From NCBI RefSeq assembly GCF_009914755.1, contig NC_060947.1: a stretch of 64,000 nt of DNA; one strand, given 5' to 3'. Under the pieces are notes generated by a model. The model did not search any database and was not told where the DNA came from. It saw only the letters and a list, made by a program, of their open reading frames with translations. Source of the DNA: the human T2T-CHM13v2.0 reference genome, Homo sapiens. Both the position numbers and the translations under genes were made by a program. Of the stretch, positions 39,801 through 53,400 are shown piece by piece (position 1 is the stretch's first letter; each line of letters begins with the position of its first letter).

Positions 39801-40117
39801 TTACTGAATTTATCAGTTCTAATATTTTGTGAAACATGTAGCTTTTTCTAAATATGATATCATGTCATCAGCAAACAAGAATAATTTCACTTCTTTCTTT
39901 TTAATTTGGTGCCCTTCATTGCTTTATCCTCTCTAATTGCTCTACCTAGAACTCCCAGTATTATGTTTAATAATGGTTGCAAAAGGGGGCATCCTTATTC
40001 TGCTCCCAATCTTAGAGGAAAGGTTTTCAGCTTTTTCCCATGCAGTATGGTACTGTTGGTCTGTCATATATGGTTTTTATTACGTTGAGATATATGCTTT
40101 CTGTACCCGGTTTTTTT

Positions 40118-40507
40118 TAACTTTTATTTTAAGTTCGGGGTGCATGTGCAGGTTTCTTACATACGTAAACTGGTGTCATGCGGGTTTGCTGTACAGATTA
40201 TTTCACCACCCAGGTATTAAGCCTAGTACCCATTAGTTATTTTTCCTGATCTTCTCCTTCCTTCCATCCTACACTCTCCAATAGGCTCCGGTGTGTGTTG
40301 TTCCCCTCTACGTGTGCATGCGTTGTCATTATTTAGCTCCCTCTTATAAGTGAGAACACACAGTGTTTGATTTTCTGTTCTCACATTAATTTGCTAAGGG
40401 TGGTGGCCTCCAGCTCCATCTGTGCCCCTGCAAAGGACATGATCTTGTTCTTTCTAGAGAAAAAAAACATATGATTATCTCCATAGATGCAGAATAGGAT
40501 TTCAATA
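40118..40507 (-). mobile_element. L1PA11-13-like short insertion with 5' inversion (inverted piece about 40455-40507)
   Basis: Minus-strand 3'UTR, then plus-strand ORF2 text catatgattatctccatagatgcagaa; TSD tacccrgtttttt at 40104 and 40508. Confidence 0.88.
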
Positions 40508-41198
40508 TACCCAGTTTTTTTAAGTTTTTATCATAAAAATTGTTGAATTTTATTTAATGCCTTTTTAGTGTCAATTGAAATAATCACATGGTTTTCGTTT
40601 ATTCTCTTCCTATAATGTATTAATATCACATTAATTGATTTGTGTGTGTTGAATCATCCTTGCATTCTAGGATACATCTCACTTTGCCACGAATGGCCTT
40701 TTTTTAATATGTTTAATTAAGTTTACTATAACAGTATTTTGTTTAAGATTTTTGCTTCAGTATTTATTGTTGATATTGCTCTATAGTTTTTTTTTTTCTC
40801 ATGTATCTTTATCTGGTTTTGGTATTAGAATAATACTGGCCTCAAATAATGAGTTTGGATGTATCTCCTCCTCCTTTTTTTTTGGAATAGTTTGAGCAGG
40901 ATTGGTATTAGTTCTTCCTTAAATATTTAGGGGAGTTCAGCTGTGAATCCATCAGGTCTTGGGCTTATTTCTTTTTTGGCCAGAGTAGTTTTTATTATGG
41001 CTTCAGTCACATTACTTTTTATTAGTCTGTTCAGGTTTTGGATGTCTTTATGGTTTAATCTTGGTAGATTGTAAGTGTCTTGGAATTTACTCATTTCTTC
41101 TTGATTTTTCTATTTATTGGCAGAGAGTTGCTCATAATAGCCACTAGTGATACTTTGAATTCCTGTGGTATCAGTTTTAATGTCTTTTTTTTCCCTAA

Positions 41199-41650
<452 letters not shown>

Positions 41651-44600
41651 AGCTTTACTAATTCTTTAAGATGCAATGTTAGCTTGTTTATTTGAAGTTA
41701 TTCTTCTTTTTCAATGGAGACACATATAACTGCAAACCTTCCTGTTAATATTACTTTTGGTATATGCCATAAATTTTGCTTTGTTGTGTTTCATTATCAT
41801 TTGTTTCAGAAATTTTTCAATATTCTTAATTTATTCATTGACCCACTGGTCAGGCAGGAGCACATTGTTTAATTTCCATGTGTTTGAATATTTTCCAAAG
41901 TTTCTCCTGTCTTTGATTTCTAGTTTTATTCTATTGTGGTCACAGGAGATGCTTGATATTATTTCAATTTTTCTGAATGTTTTAAGACTTGTTTTTATGG
42001 CCTAACATATAGCCTATCTTTGAGAATTATCCATGTGCTGAGAAAAAAAATGTGTATTCTGCAGGCATTGGATGAAATGTTCTGAAAATATATATTAGGT
42101 CCATATGGTCTATAGTGCAAATTAAATCTAATGCTTTTTTGTTGATTTTCTGTATGGATGATCTGTCCAATGCTGAAGGTGGGGCATTGAAATCTCAAGC
42201 TGTTATTGTATTGGGGTCTATCTCTCTCTTTAGGTTTAATAGTATTTGCTTTATATAGCTGAGTGCTCCATTGTTGGGTGCATATATATTTACAATTATT
42301 ATAGCTTGTTGCAGAATTGACCCCTTTATCATTACATAATAACCTTTCTTGTCCATTTTTATAGTTTTTGCCTTAAAATCCGTTTTGTCTTATATAACTA
42401 CTTCAGCTCTTTTTTTATTTCTATGGCATGAAATATATTTTTCCATCACTTTATTTTTATTATGTGTGTCTTTATAGGTGAAGGGTGTTTCTTGTAGGCA
42501 ATAGATCAATCAGTCTTGTTTTTTCATCCATTCAGGCAGTCTATGTCTTTTGATTGGAGGGTTTAGTCCATTTACATTTTATGTTATTATGCATAAATAA
42601 GAACCTAATCCTGCCATAATATTATTTGTTTTCTAGTTGTTTTGTGGTCTTCTCTTACTTCTATCTTTTTCTTCACTTTCATGAAGTTATTTTCTCTGGT
42701 GATATGTTCTAACTTTTTTTATGTGTGTATCTATTGTTTGTTTTTAAATTTGATGTTACCATGAGGCTTGCAAGTGATATCTTATAATCCACTATTTTGA
42801 AATGATGAAAACTCAACACTGATTGCAAAAGCACAGTAAAAAACAAGCTAATAGAAAACTAATAAAAGCTGTATACTTTAACTATGTCTCCACACTTCTT
42901 AACTTTTTGTTGCTTCCATTTATATCTGATTTCATAGTCTATGTCTTGAGAAATGTTTGTAGTCATTATTTTTATTGGTTTGTGTTTTTGTATTTCTATT
43001 TAAAATATTAGTAGTTTACACACAATCATTATGGTGTTATAATATTCTGTATTTTTTGTTGTACCTATTGAGCGAGTTTTGTAACTTTAGATGATTTCTT
43101 ATTGCTCATTAATGTCTTTACTTTTCAAATTGAAGAACTTCCTTTAGCAGTTCTTGTAGGACAGGTCTTGTATCCTAAAATTCTACAGTTTTTTTTGATC
43201 TTACAAAGTATTTATTTGTTTTTTCACATTTGATGAATATTTTCACTGGTTGTACTGTTCTATGATGATTTTTTTCTTCAACAATTTAAATATTTTATAC
43301 TACTTTCTCCTGGTCTTTAAGGTTTTCAGTGAGAAGTCTGCTGCCAGAAGTAGGAGCTCTATTGTATGTAATTATTTTTTCTATTGCTGCTTTTAGGATC
43401 CTTTATTTATTCTTGACCTTTGAAAGTTTGATTATTAAATGCGTTGGAATAATCTTCTTTGGGTGGTAAATCTGTTTGGTGTTCTATAGCCCTCTTGTAA
43501 TTAAGTCTTTATATATTTCTCTAGGTTTGGGAAGTTCTCTGTTATGTTACTTTGAATGAACTTTCTACTCCACTTTCTCTCTCTACCTTGCCTTTAAGAC
43601 AAATAATTCGGATTTGCCCTTTTGATGCTATTTTCTAAACCTTTCTTCATATATTTGTCACTTATTCTTTTATCTCCTCTGATTGTGTGTCTTCAAATAT
43701 ACTGTCTTAAAGCTCACTAATTTTTTTCTGCTTGTTTAATCCTGCTGTTGAGAGACTCTGATGGATTCTCCAGTGTCTCAGTTGCATTTTTCAACTCCAG
43801 AATTTTTTTACTTAATTTTTAAAAATTATTTAAATTTATTTGTTAAATTTACTTGATAGGATTCTAGATTCCTTTCCTGTGTTACCTGGAATTTCTCTGA
43901 GTTTCATTAAAACTGCTAATTTGAATTCTCTCTGTGAAAAGTTACATATCTGTCTCTCTGGGATTTGTCCCTGGTGCCTTATGTAGTTCACTTGATGCAG
44001 TCATGTTTTCCCAGATGGTCTTGATGTTTGTGGATGCTCATTGATGTCTGGGCATTGAGGAATTAAGCATTTATGGTAATCATTGCAATCTGAGCCTGTT
44101 TATGCCCATCCTTGTTAAAAAGGTTTTCCAGGTATTCAAAATAACTTTAAGGTTGTGATCTAAATCTTTGGTCATGATAGTTATATCTGCATTGGGGTGC
44201 ACCCCAAGCCCTGTGAGTCTTGCACAGTTGTATATGTTCTACCTTGAGGATCTTTGATAAGATCCAGAAGATTTCTCTGAATTAACAGAGATTCTTAACC
44301 TTTTTCCTTACTTTCTCTCAAGCAAAAGGATTGTCTCTTTCTGTGATGAGCTGCCTGGAGCTAGAAGAGGTGTGACACAGGCACCCATTTTGTCACCACC
44401 ACTGGGACTCTGCTGGGTCAGACTCAAAGCCAACATAGCACTGGGTCTTTCCCAAGGGGTGCTGCTACCACTACTGGGCTAATACCTAAAGTGTGCTCAA
44501 GGCCCTAGGGCTCTACAACCAGCAGGTAGTAAAACCAGCCTATCTTGCATTCTTTCCTTCAGGGCAGTGAGTTCCCATAGGCCCTGGGCAGATCCAGTGA

Positions 44601-44849
44601 TGCTGCCTGTGACCCAGGGCATGAAGTCAGAAAACTTGGAAATCTATCTGGTGTGCTATTCTATTGTGTCTCAGCTAGAACTGAAACCACAAGACAAAGT
44701 CCTTCCTATTCTTCCCTCCCTCTTTCCCTGGAAGAGGAGTTTTTCCCCATGTCCACAATCACCACAGTCCCACTGGGTATACTCCCAGAGTACCAGCAAT
44801 GTTCACTTAAGTGTCAAGGGCTCTTTAGTCAGCTTGTGGTGAATGTGGC

Positions 44850-47083
44850 AGTCCATTTTTACACTGCTGATAAAGACATACCCGAGACAGAGTAATTTAC
44901 CAAAAAAAAAAAAAAAAAAAAAAGAAAAAAGAGAGGTGTATTGGACTTACAGTTCCATGTGGCTGGGCAGACCTCACAATTATGGTGGAAGATGAAAGAC
45001 ATGTCTCACATGGAGGGAGACAAGAGAAGAGAACTAGTGCAGGGAAACTCCCATTTTTATATAACCATCAGATATCCAGAGCCTTATTGACTATTACGAG
45101 AACAACACAAAAAAGACCTGCTTCAATGATTCAATTGCCTTCCACTGGGTCCCTCCCACAATATGTGAGAATTTAAGATGAGATTTGGGAGGAGACAGAG
45201 CCAAACCATATCATTCCACCCCTGGCCCCTCCCAAATCTCATGTGTTCACATTTCAAAACCAATCATGCCTTCCCAACAGTCCTCCAAAGTTTTAACTCA
45301 TTTCAGCATTAACTCAAAAGTCCACAGTCCAAAGTCTCATGCAAGACAAGGCAAGTGCCTTCTGCCTATGAGCCTATATAATGAAAAGTAAGTTAGTTAT
45401 TTCCTTGATACAGTGGGGGTAAAAGCATTGGGTAAATACAGCACTTTCGTATGGGAGAAATTGGCCAAAAGAAAGTGGCTACAGGCCCCATCCACGTCTG
45501 AAATCAAGCACGGCAGTCCAATCTTAAAACTCCAAAATGATCTCCTTTGACTCCATGTTTCACATCAAGGTCATGCTGATGCAAGTGGTGAGCTCCCAGG
45601 GTATAGTCCTCCCCAACCTCCACTGGCTGCTTTCACAGGCTAGCACTGAGTGTCTGCAGCTTTTCTAGGTGCACAGTCCAAGCTGTCAGTGGATCTACCT
45701 TTCTGGGGTCTGGATGGTGGTGGCCCTCTTTTCACAGGTCCATAAGGCAGTGCCCCAGTAGGGACTCTGTATCAGGGCTCAGACCCCACATTTCCTTTCT
45801 GCACTTCCCTAGCAGAAGTTCTCCATGAGGGCCCTGCCCCTGCAGCAAACTTCTGCCTGGGCATTCAGGCATTTCCATACATCTTCTGAAATCTAGGCAG
45901 AGGTTCCCAAAACTCAATTCTTGACTTCCATGTACCCGCAGGCTCAACACCACATGGAAACTGCCAAGGCCTGGGGTTTTCACTCTCTGAAACAACAGCT
46001 CGAGCTGTACCTTGGCCCCTTTTAGCCATGGCTGGAGCAGCTGAAACATAGGGTACCAAGTCCCTAGGCCACACAGAGCAAGGGATCCATGGGTCTGGCC
46101 CAGGAAACCACCTTTTCTTCCTAGGCCTCCAGGCCTGTGATGGGAGGGGCTGCTCTAAAGACCTCTGCAATGCCCTGGAGACATTTTCCCCCTTGCCTTA
46201 GAGAATAAGATTTGGTTATTTGTTACTTATGCAAATTTCTGCATTTGGCTTGAATTTCTCCTCAGAAAATGGCATTTTCTTTTCTAGCCCTTTGTCAGGC
46301 TGCAAATTTTCTCAATTTTTATGCTGTTTCTCTTTTAAAACTGAATGCCTTTAAGAGCACCCAAGTCACATCTTGAATGTTTTACTGCTTAAAAATTTCT
46401 TCCACCAGATACCCTAAATCATCTCTCTCAAGTTCAAAGTTCCACAAATCTCTGTGTCAGTGGCAAAATGCCAGCAGTCTCTTTGCCTAAACATAACAAG
46501 AGTCACCTTTGCTCTAGTTCCCAACAAGTTCCTCATCTCCATCTGAGGCCACCTCAGCCTGGACCTGATTGTCAATATCATTATCAGCATTTTGGGCAAA
46601 GCCATTCAACAAGTCTCTAGGAAGTTCCAAACTTTTGCACATTTTTCTGTTTTCTTCTGAGCCCTCCAAACTGTTCCAACCTCTGCCTGTTACCCAGTTT
46701 CAAAGTCGCTTCCATATTTTCCGGAATCTTTTCAGCTGTGCGCCACTCTACTGGTACCCATTTACTGTATTAGTCCATTTTTGTGCTGCTGATAAAGATA
46801 TACCCAAGACTAAGCAATTTACAAAAAAGAAAAAAAGAAGAGATTTATTGGACTTAGAGTTCCACGTGACATCACTGGAGAAGCTTCACAATCAATCATG
46901 GTGAAAGGTACGTCTTACATGACTGTAGACAAGAGAAGAGAACTTGTGCAGAGAAACTTCCATTTTTATGTAGACATCAGATCTCGTGAAACTTATTCAC
47001 TATTACGAAAACAGCACAGGAAAGTCCTGCCCCAATGATTCAATTACCTCCCACTGGGTCCCTCCCACAACATGTGAGAATTC
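44850..47083 (-). mobile_element. THE1 MaLR element: LTR about 44850-45213, internal 45214-46765, truncated LTR 46766-47083
   Basis: LTR motif agtccatttt..gctgataaagayatacc present twice; the first LTR ends gccaaaccatatca; THE1-int sequence between. Confidence 0.95.
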
Positions 47084-47917
47084 CTTGCTATACCTACCTA
47101 TATTACCTTCAAACACATGTCAATTCAGTGCTCAGAGCCATTAGTTATATTTTTTCTCTTCTCTCCTAGCCATATTTGTGCCCAGCACCTTTATTCATAT
47201 TAAGATTAGGAAGTATTGAGAAATGGATAACTACCATTTGAATAGGAAACCTCTTAAACTAAGAGATAAAATGTTTCTCATATCATTTCAGATATCAGTT
47301 AATGGAAGTAGTTAAAAGATGGGCATTGGTTAAACCATTGTTGCCCTTAAAATCATGCTCATTATGTCACTCTTTACTTCTGCAATGAGAGAAATTTCTA
47401 ATATAGAAATTTTCCTTTGAAATCTTCAGGTCCCAAGTAACTTGAAAAGTAGGCATCCTATTCCAGGGTAACTCAAACAATTTAATTCTCTCAATTTAAC
47501 AAAACCAAGATAAAATTATCATATTCTTTAGATTTGTGAGCTGAAGTTACCACTTGAAATTCTTTGAAATGAAGATGAAAAAGAGAAAAAATGATTGCTG
47601 GGGGGGATGTTTCAATTTGAAGGTATTAAAGTAAAATAATAATAGGGTGAACTCAAATTTATAAGTTAGGTTATTATTAACTCAACGATAGCCTTCCTTG
47701 CTAAAGAAAATTTAAGATAATGTGTTGCTTTTAGTTGTCATTTTTCTTTAACCTACTTTATCTAGAAACTTTTTTTTTTGTCTTTTATTACACTAAATTT
47801 TTAAAGTAATTCAGGCCAGTTTTGTAGAAAGTCCTTCAATTTGAGTTTGAGCATTCTTTATAATGAGATTCAGATTATGATTTTTGCAGAAATACTACAG
47901 AAATTATCATGTGCCCC

Positions 47918-48738
47918 TTAAACCACCATTGCAAAAAACTGAGATGATGAAAAAGATCTGACCTAACCAACTCAATCTTGTTTTTAAACTCCAAGCTGTC
48001 CTTGTTCATTTTGGGGCATAGGCTGAACTAAATTTGGGAGAAACTTATATAACTATATAAGTTTATATAAAACTATAAGTTTATATAAACTTATAGTTTT
48101 ATATAAACTTATATAACTATAAGTTTATAGTTTATATAACTATAAACTATAGTTTATAGTTGAGCTTTGAAACAAAGATGATAACAGCCCTTTTCCAAAA
48201 CAAACCCCCTTCCTGCCTGGGAACTAGACTGCCTTTGCAGGACTAACAAATTAGCCAGATGATTAGAAATTACGATTTAGGAGTCATGAAAATGGAGGCT
48301 GCAAGATTCTAAACCTTCCCAAATTGCTCCTGGGAATAACATCACTATTGTAAAACCTAAGACCAGTGCTTGAGATATTTTGCAGACCCTGCACTTGATG
48401 GATCACCTGGCACCATCCAGATCAATAAACTGGCCCATCTGGTCTTGTGGTCCCCACCCAATAACTGATTTAGCACAAGAGGACAGCTTTGACTTCCTAT
48501 TACTTCATTTGTGACCCAATCAATTAGCACACCTGACTCACTGGCCCTCTACCCACCAAATTATCCTTAAAAACTCCAATCCCAGAGTTTGAGGGGAGAC
48601 TGATTCGAGAAATAATAAAACTTCTGTCTCCCGCACAGCTGGCTCTGCATGAATTACTCTTTCTCTCTTGCAACTCCTATGTCTTCATAAATTGGCTTTC
48701 TTAGCAATGGGCAAGGTGAATGAATTGGGCCATTCTAA
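47918..48738 (+). mobile_element. Solo LTR8 (ERV1)
   Basis: ctccaagctgtccttgttcatt...ggctgaactaaatttgggagaaactta; end gggcaaggtgaa; near-TSD gcccc/gccct. Confidence 0.88.
48054..48115. repeat. Perfect 62-bp AT-rich palindrome
   Basis: Checked base by base; centre between 48084 and 48085, no spacer. Confidence 0.95.
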
Positions 48739-48922
48739 GCCCTTCTCAGTGGACCATAGAGGGGACATATGATATTTGCATGTTCTACTACTGATGAGAA
48801 AATATTATATCACTTAGTCAAAGTGATTTCTGCTAGGGTTCTCCGCTGTAGTTATTGTTTTTACCTTCATTATTATCTTATGGAGAGATAATTTGATACC
48901 ATGTGAATATCCTATTTCTAAT

Positions 48923-50363
48923 TGTGATATAAGAAAAAATATATTTTTAATTTCTTTCTTTGTATTTTAGTTTTAGAAGCTCTATATTCTGACATGAAGC
49001 TCCTAAAACCGCTGGGAATCTCTAAAGTGAAAGTGTCTTTTTGTATGCTAATGAGATGACTGAGGGCTGGGGGCTCAGAGACAGCCTCAGAATAAGAACT
49101 TGCTGCCAAAGAAACCAACCATAGAATTACAGTGTTAGAACTTTAGCCTCACCCCCAACCTGCAGGGAGGGAAGAGAAGCTGATTAACAGTGGTCAATGA
49201 TTTGATTAATTATGCCTATGTAATAAATGCTTCATAAAAAGCTAAAAGGACAAGGTTTGAAGAGTTTCTGGATTGCAGAACATATGGAAGGTGGTGTGAC
49301 TTGAGATAGCATGGAAACCCCATGCCCCTTCCTGTATAGGTTTTCCCATGCATCTTTTACTTTTTTCTGTTCCTGATTTGTATCTTTTTTATAATAGATG
49401 GGTAATTGCAAGCAAAGTTCTTTCTTGAGTTCTGTGAGCTACTCAGCCAAACGACCTAACCTGATGAGGGCATCGTGAGAACCCCCAATATATAGATGGT
49501 GGGTCAGAAGCACATTTATCAACCTGGAATTGCTATTAGCATCTGAATTTGGGGCAGTCTTGTGAAATCCATGTGGTCTGTTTTAACTTGGGTTAATGTC
49601 ATAATTGAATTTAATTGTAGGACACCCATCTGGTATCAGAAAATTTTTGGTAGGTTAAAAAATACACATGTGATTTCAAAAGTATAGTGTTATATGTGGA
49701 GGATATAGTAGGTGGTGAACCTAAATTACTTGACAGGTCTCAGTCAATTTATAAAGTTTATTTTGCCATGGTTAAAGACATGCCCATTGAAACAGCCTCA
49801 AGAGGTACTGATGACATGTGCCCAAGGTGGCCGGGGCACAACTTGGTTTTATACATTTTAGGGAGACATGAGACATCAATCAATATGTGTACATTGGTTC
49901 AGTGTGGAAAGGCGAGACAGGCAGGGCAACTTGAAGCAAGGAGGGGGGCTTCCAGGTCAAAAGTAGATAAGAGAAAAATGGTTGCATATTCTTAAGTTTC
50001 TGATTAGCTTTTCACTAAGTACACAATTTTCATGTAAGAGGAAAATAAAGGAATGGTCACTTATGCTTTGGTCTATTATTAAAACAATAGGGCAGAGGAA
50101 GCAATCATATATGTATTTTTCTCACGTGAGCAGAAGAATGACTAAGTTATTTGTTCACAAAGAATTTTCTTGTGGGGAAATTGTGAGGGAGGTATGTAGC
50201 TTTCGAATTTTTGTGGCTGTCTTAATTAGGAATAAAATGGGAGGCAGATTTGCCTAATGCGGTTTCTAGCTTGTCTTCCTTTTGGCTTAGTGGTTTTTGG
50301 GTCTTGAGATATATTTTCCTTTGACAAGGTAAAAACTGTTTTGATTTGTTTTTTACCTATACA
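48923..50363 (+). mobile_element. Solo MER21-type LTR, interrupted near its 3' end by MER4
   Basis: tgtgatataagaaa...gctcctaaaacc...atgctaatgagatgact; terminus aaaaactgtttt...cctataca resumes at 50331; near-TSD taat/taac. Confidence 0.8.
49714..50326 (-). mobile_element. Solo MER4A-like LTR (ERV1)
   Basis: ggttttatacattttagggagacatgagacatcaatcaata; right end attttcctttgaca; 4-bp TSD aggt at 49710-49713 and 50327-50330. Confidence 0.88.
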
Positions 50364-50429
50364 TAACTTACCATACCTTCATGCCATAGTTTTAGCATCC
50401 ATTCCCGATTCTTGCCTGAGACAATTTTT

Positions 50430-53400
50430 GTCTAAATATTACAAGACCCTAGCCTGAGGATGGGAAAACTCGAAGAGGTCCTTTGACATTGCCTGTCCAA
50501 ACGAGTGAGAACTGTCTCAAAAATACTGAGGCAGCACTGTCCATGTTAACTGGGCAATTTGGCCAGAGTGGGGGGGTCTTTGAAGGCAACCAGGTGTTGA
50601 AAGTCAGGATGTAATGGTATATAGAAAAAGGCATTCTTTACATCCAGGACTGTGAACCATTTAATTCCCTCTGGTATTTGAGTCAGCAAGGTATAGGGAT
50701 TAGAGACCACCAGATGAATTGTGACTATGGCCTCATTAATGAGGAGGAGGTCCTGAACTAGTCTCCATTCCTCATTGAGTTCTTGTACCCCTAATATTGG
50801 GGCATTGCAGGGGCTGTTACAGGATTTGAGAAGGCCCTGCATTTTTAGGTCATTAATAATTGCTTCTAACCCTTTCCTAACCTCTGGCTTTAGGGGATAT
50901 TTTCTCTGGTTAGGAAAAGAAGTGGGATCCTTAAGGTGAATTCAGACTGGCCTAGTAGCTATAGCTCAACCTATTCTTCCTTGCGTTGTCCACACTTCTG
51001 GATTAATATTAATTTCCACCAGGTGGAGACAGAGTTTGTCCTGGGCTTATAAGGATACTGGCTCCCATGCAAGCTAAAATGTTTCTATCCAATAAAGGAG
51101 TGGGACTTTCAGGCATAATTAAGAAGTCATGTGTAAATAATAGGTCCTCACAACTACGACTAAAGGGTTGAGAAAAATATTGGGTTATATATATATATAT
51201 ATATATATAACCCTATATATACATATAAATATATATATAAATATATATATATATTTTTTTTTTCTGAGATGCCCATCACAGTCGTGCTCAGGAAGAGGGG
51301 AGGCCTGGATTAGAAAGGAGAAAAGAGAGACTGGCTCCAGTGTCCAGAAAGAGAGATCCACCCTCTCATCAATTTTCCAGAATCACCCAGGGATTCTGAG
51401 CAGTAATGGCAGTTTTAGCCACTAGGGCCGGGAGTCTGAGCCCCGGGACCTGTCAATCCTGTTGGACCATCTGTGAGATTAGTTCTGGACCTGGTGACCT
51501 CTGTCTCCCAGGGCAGTCCAATCTCCAGTGGTCCCCGCAACAGGCTGGACAAGGTTAAGGTGGCTTCCTTTTGCTGCCTGGGCAATCTTTCTTAAAGTGC
51601 CCTGACTTGCCACATTGGTAGCAACTAGCAGATGCACCTCAGGGATCCTGGAACTTGCAAGCCTGTAATGCAGCCACTAGAGCCTCTGTCTTTCTAATGT
51701 GTTTTCTCTCTTTCTCCTGGGCCTCCTCTTTGTCCCTCAAGAGGTTTTCCAACGTGCTGTCTGGCCCTATAGCCTGCTTCTGCAGTTTCATTCTAATATT
51801 GGGAGCTGCCTGTGTAATAATTTGTCCTTTAGGATTAGCAGTCCCTCAACTGAGTCAGGGGATAGGGAGGTATGTTTCATTAGTGCCTCTCTCAGCCTTT
51901 CCCTAAATGCAGCGGGATTCTCATCTGCCTTTTGGTCTATCATAGACAACTAGAGTAATTAAGAGGTTTGGCCCTAGTTCTTTTCAGGTCCTCCAATATG
52001 CACATTAAAAAGTGTTTCCTTTTCTATTAATCTGTGGAATCACTGGGGTTCCAATCTGGGTTGTCAAGAGGTACAGCCTCTCTTCCTATTGGGAATCATA
52101 ATTCGCCTATTTTTTCACCTTCCCTATTTTTTCTTTTCCTTTTTTGCCTATTATAGGAGACATATTGCTCATCTTCAAATTTGTCTGCTGCCTGCAGATC
52201 TGCCTGTTTTTTTAGCAACTGTTAGGGTTTGGCTTAGGAGCAGCATAACATCCTTCTATGGGAGGTCAAACACCTGAGATAAATTTTGGAAAGATTCTAT
52301 ATACCTATCAGGGTTGTCAGAAAATTGGCCTAAGTCTCCTTTTATTTACCTGAGGTCCTGCAATGAGAAGGGAACTTGAACCCTAGTGGCATCACCTCGA
52401 TTGTGCATTTCTTGTAGGGGTAAGAGTAAAGCTGTGGGAGTGGGGAGTTTTGGTGATGGTGGAACTGGAGGAGCTGATGGCGTGTTTGGAGGGGATAATC
52501 AATAGCTGCCTCAGATGTCTCACTCATAATTTGCTTCCTTAGTTCTGGGCAATTATTCCCTATGGGCCTGCCTGACATGACCGCTAGAAGAGCTGGGTTG
52601 ATTGTGCAATACTTGCAAAGGTCTAGTAAGAAGGCCATGCCCTTGTGCAAAAGCAGAGTTTCAGGGTCGAATGAGTCTCAGTGTTTCACAATACACTTGA
52701 GAGGGGTGCAGGCTGAGATGGCTAGAAATATAGGGGAGACAAGTCAGCCCTCATTCCCCTTCTTTATTTGGAATGGCCCGAGATAAAGAGGAAGAGAGTG
52801 GGAGCATCCGCCAAACTGTTTTTCCTCCTTGGTTCCCTGGGACCCAACATTCATTAAAGGTTCTGCCCATGGATGCAGGCATGACCCTCAGCCATGGATC
52901 CAGAGGTGCTAAGTGGTGGAATTAGTCACACTTGGCCATGCAACTCTAGTCCTCCACTGGTGCTTTCCTTTTGAATCCCTAGACTTGTGTGATCTGTGTG
53001 GCTCCCCATTAGATATATCTCAGGAAAGACTATGTAACAGTTGTATTTGGCAAGGGCCCTTAATCAAGGGAGTGTACTGGGTTGAGATCTATAATCTACT
53101 ATTATAGCCTGGACTAAATTATTTATTTTTAGGCAGTGGTTCTGGTAAACTTCCACACACAAAATCCCCTTACTATTTAAGTATCATTGTAATTGGAGGC
53201 AGAATATGTGCCTTGAAAGAACTTAGAGACTGAGTGGCTTTTTTTCTGCTGATAGGACAGTATTGAGATTAAATTTGGTTTGGGAGGACATTTTCCTTCC
53301 CCCTTTTGAAGGCAGGGTTTTCCAATTCATGTAAGGGACATAAAGCCTGGTCTCTAGTAGAGAGACACAAAAAAGGAGGAGAATTGGGAAACTAGAAGTT

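Larger units (their letters stand above)
47765..50430 (-). mobile_element. L1MC4-like 3' region, split by LTR8 and MER21/MER4 (pieces about 47765-47917, 48739-48922, 50364-50430)
   Basis: caggccagttttgtagaa...gattcagattatg; gataccatgtgaatatcct; agttttagcatccatt..gattcttgcctga are colinear. Confidence 0.7.

Noticed and set aside
48041-48161. CRISPR-like array
   Set aside because: No unique spacers; low-complexity palindromic expansion in mammalian DNA.
50546-50842. RT ORF as a novel reverse-transcriptase system
   Set aside because: Ordinary class I ERV pol fragment, frameshifted and truncated at the catalytic motif, in gag-pro-pol context.
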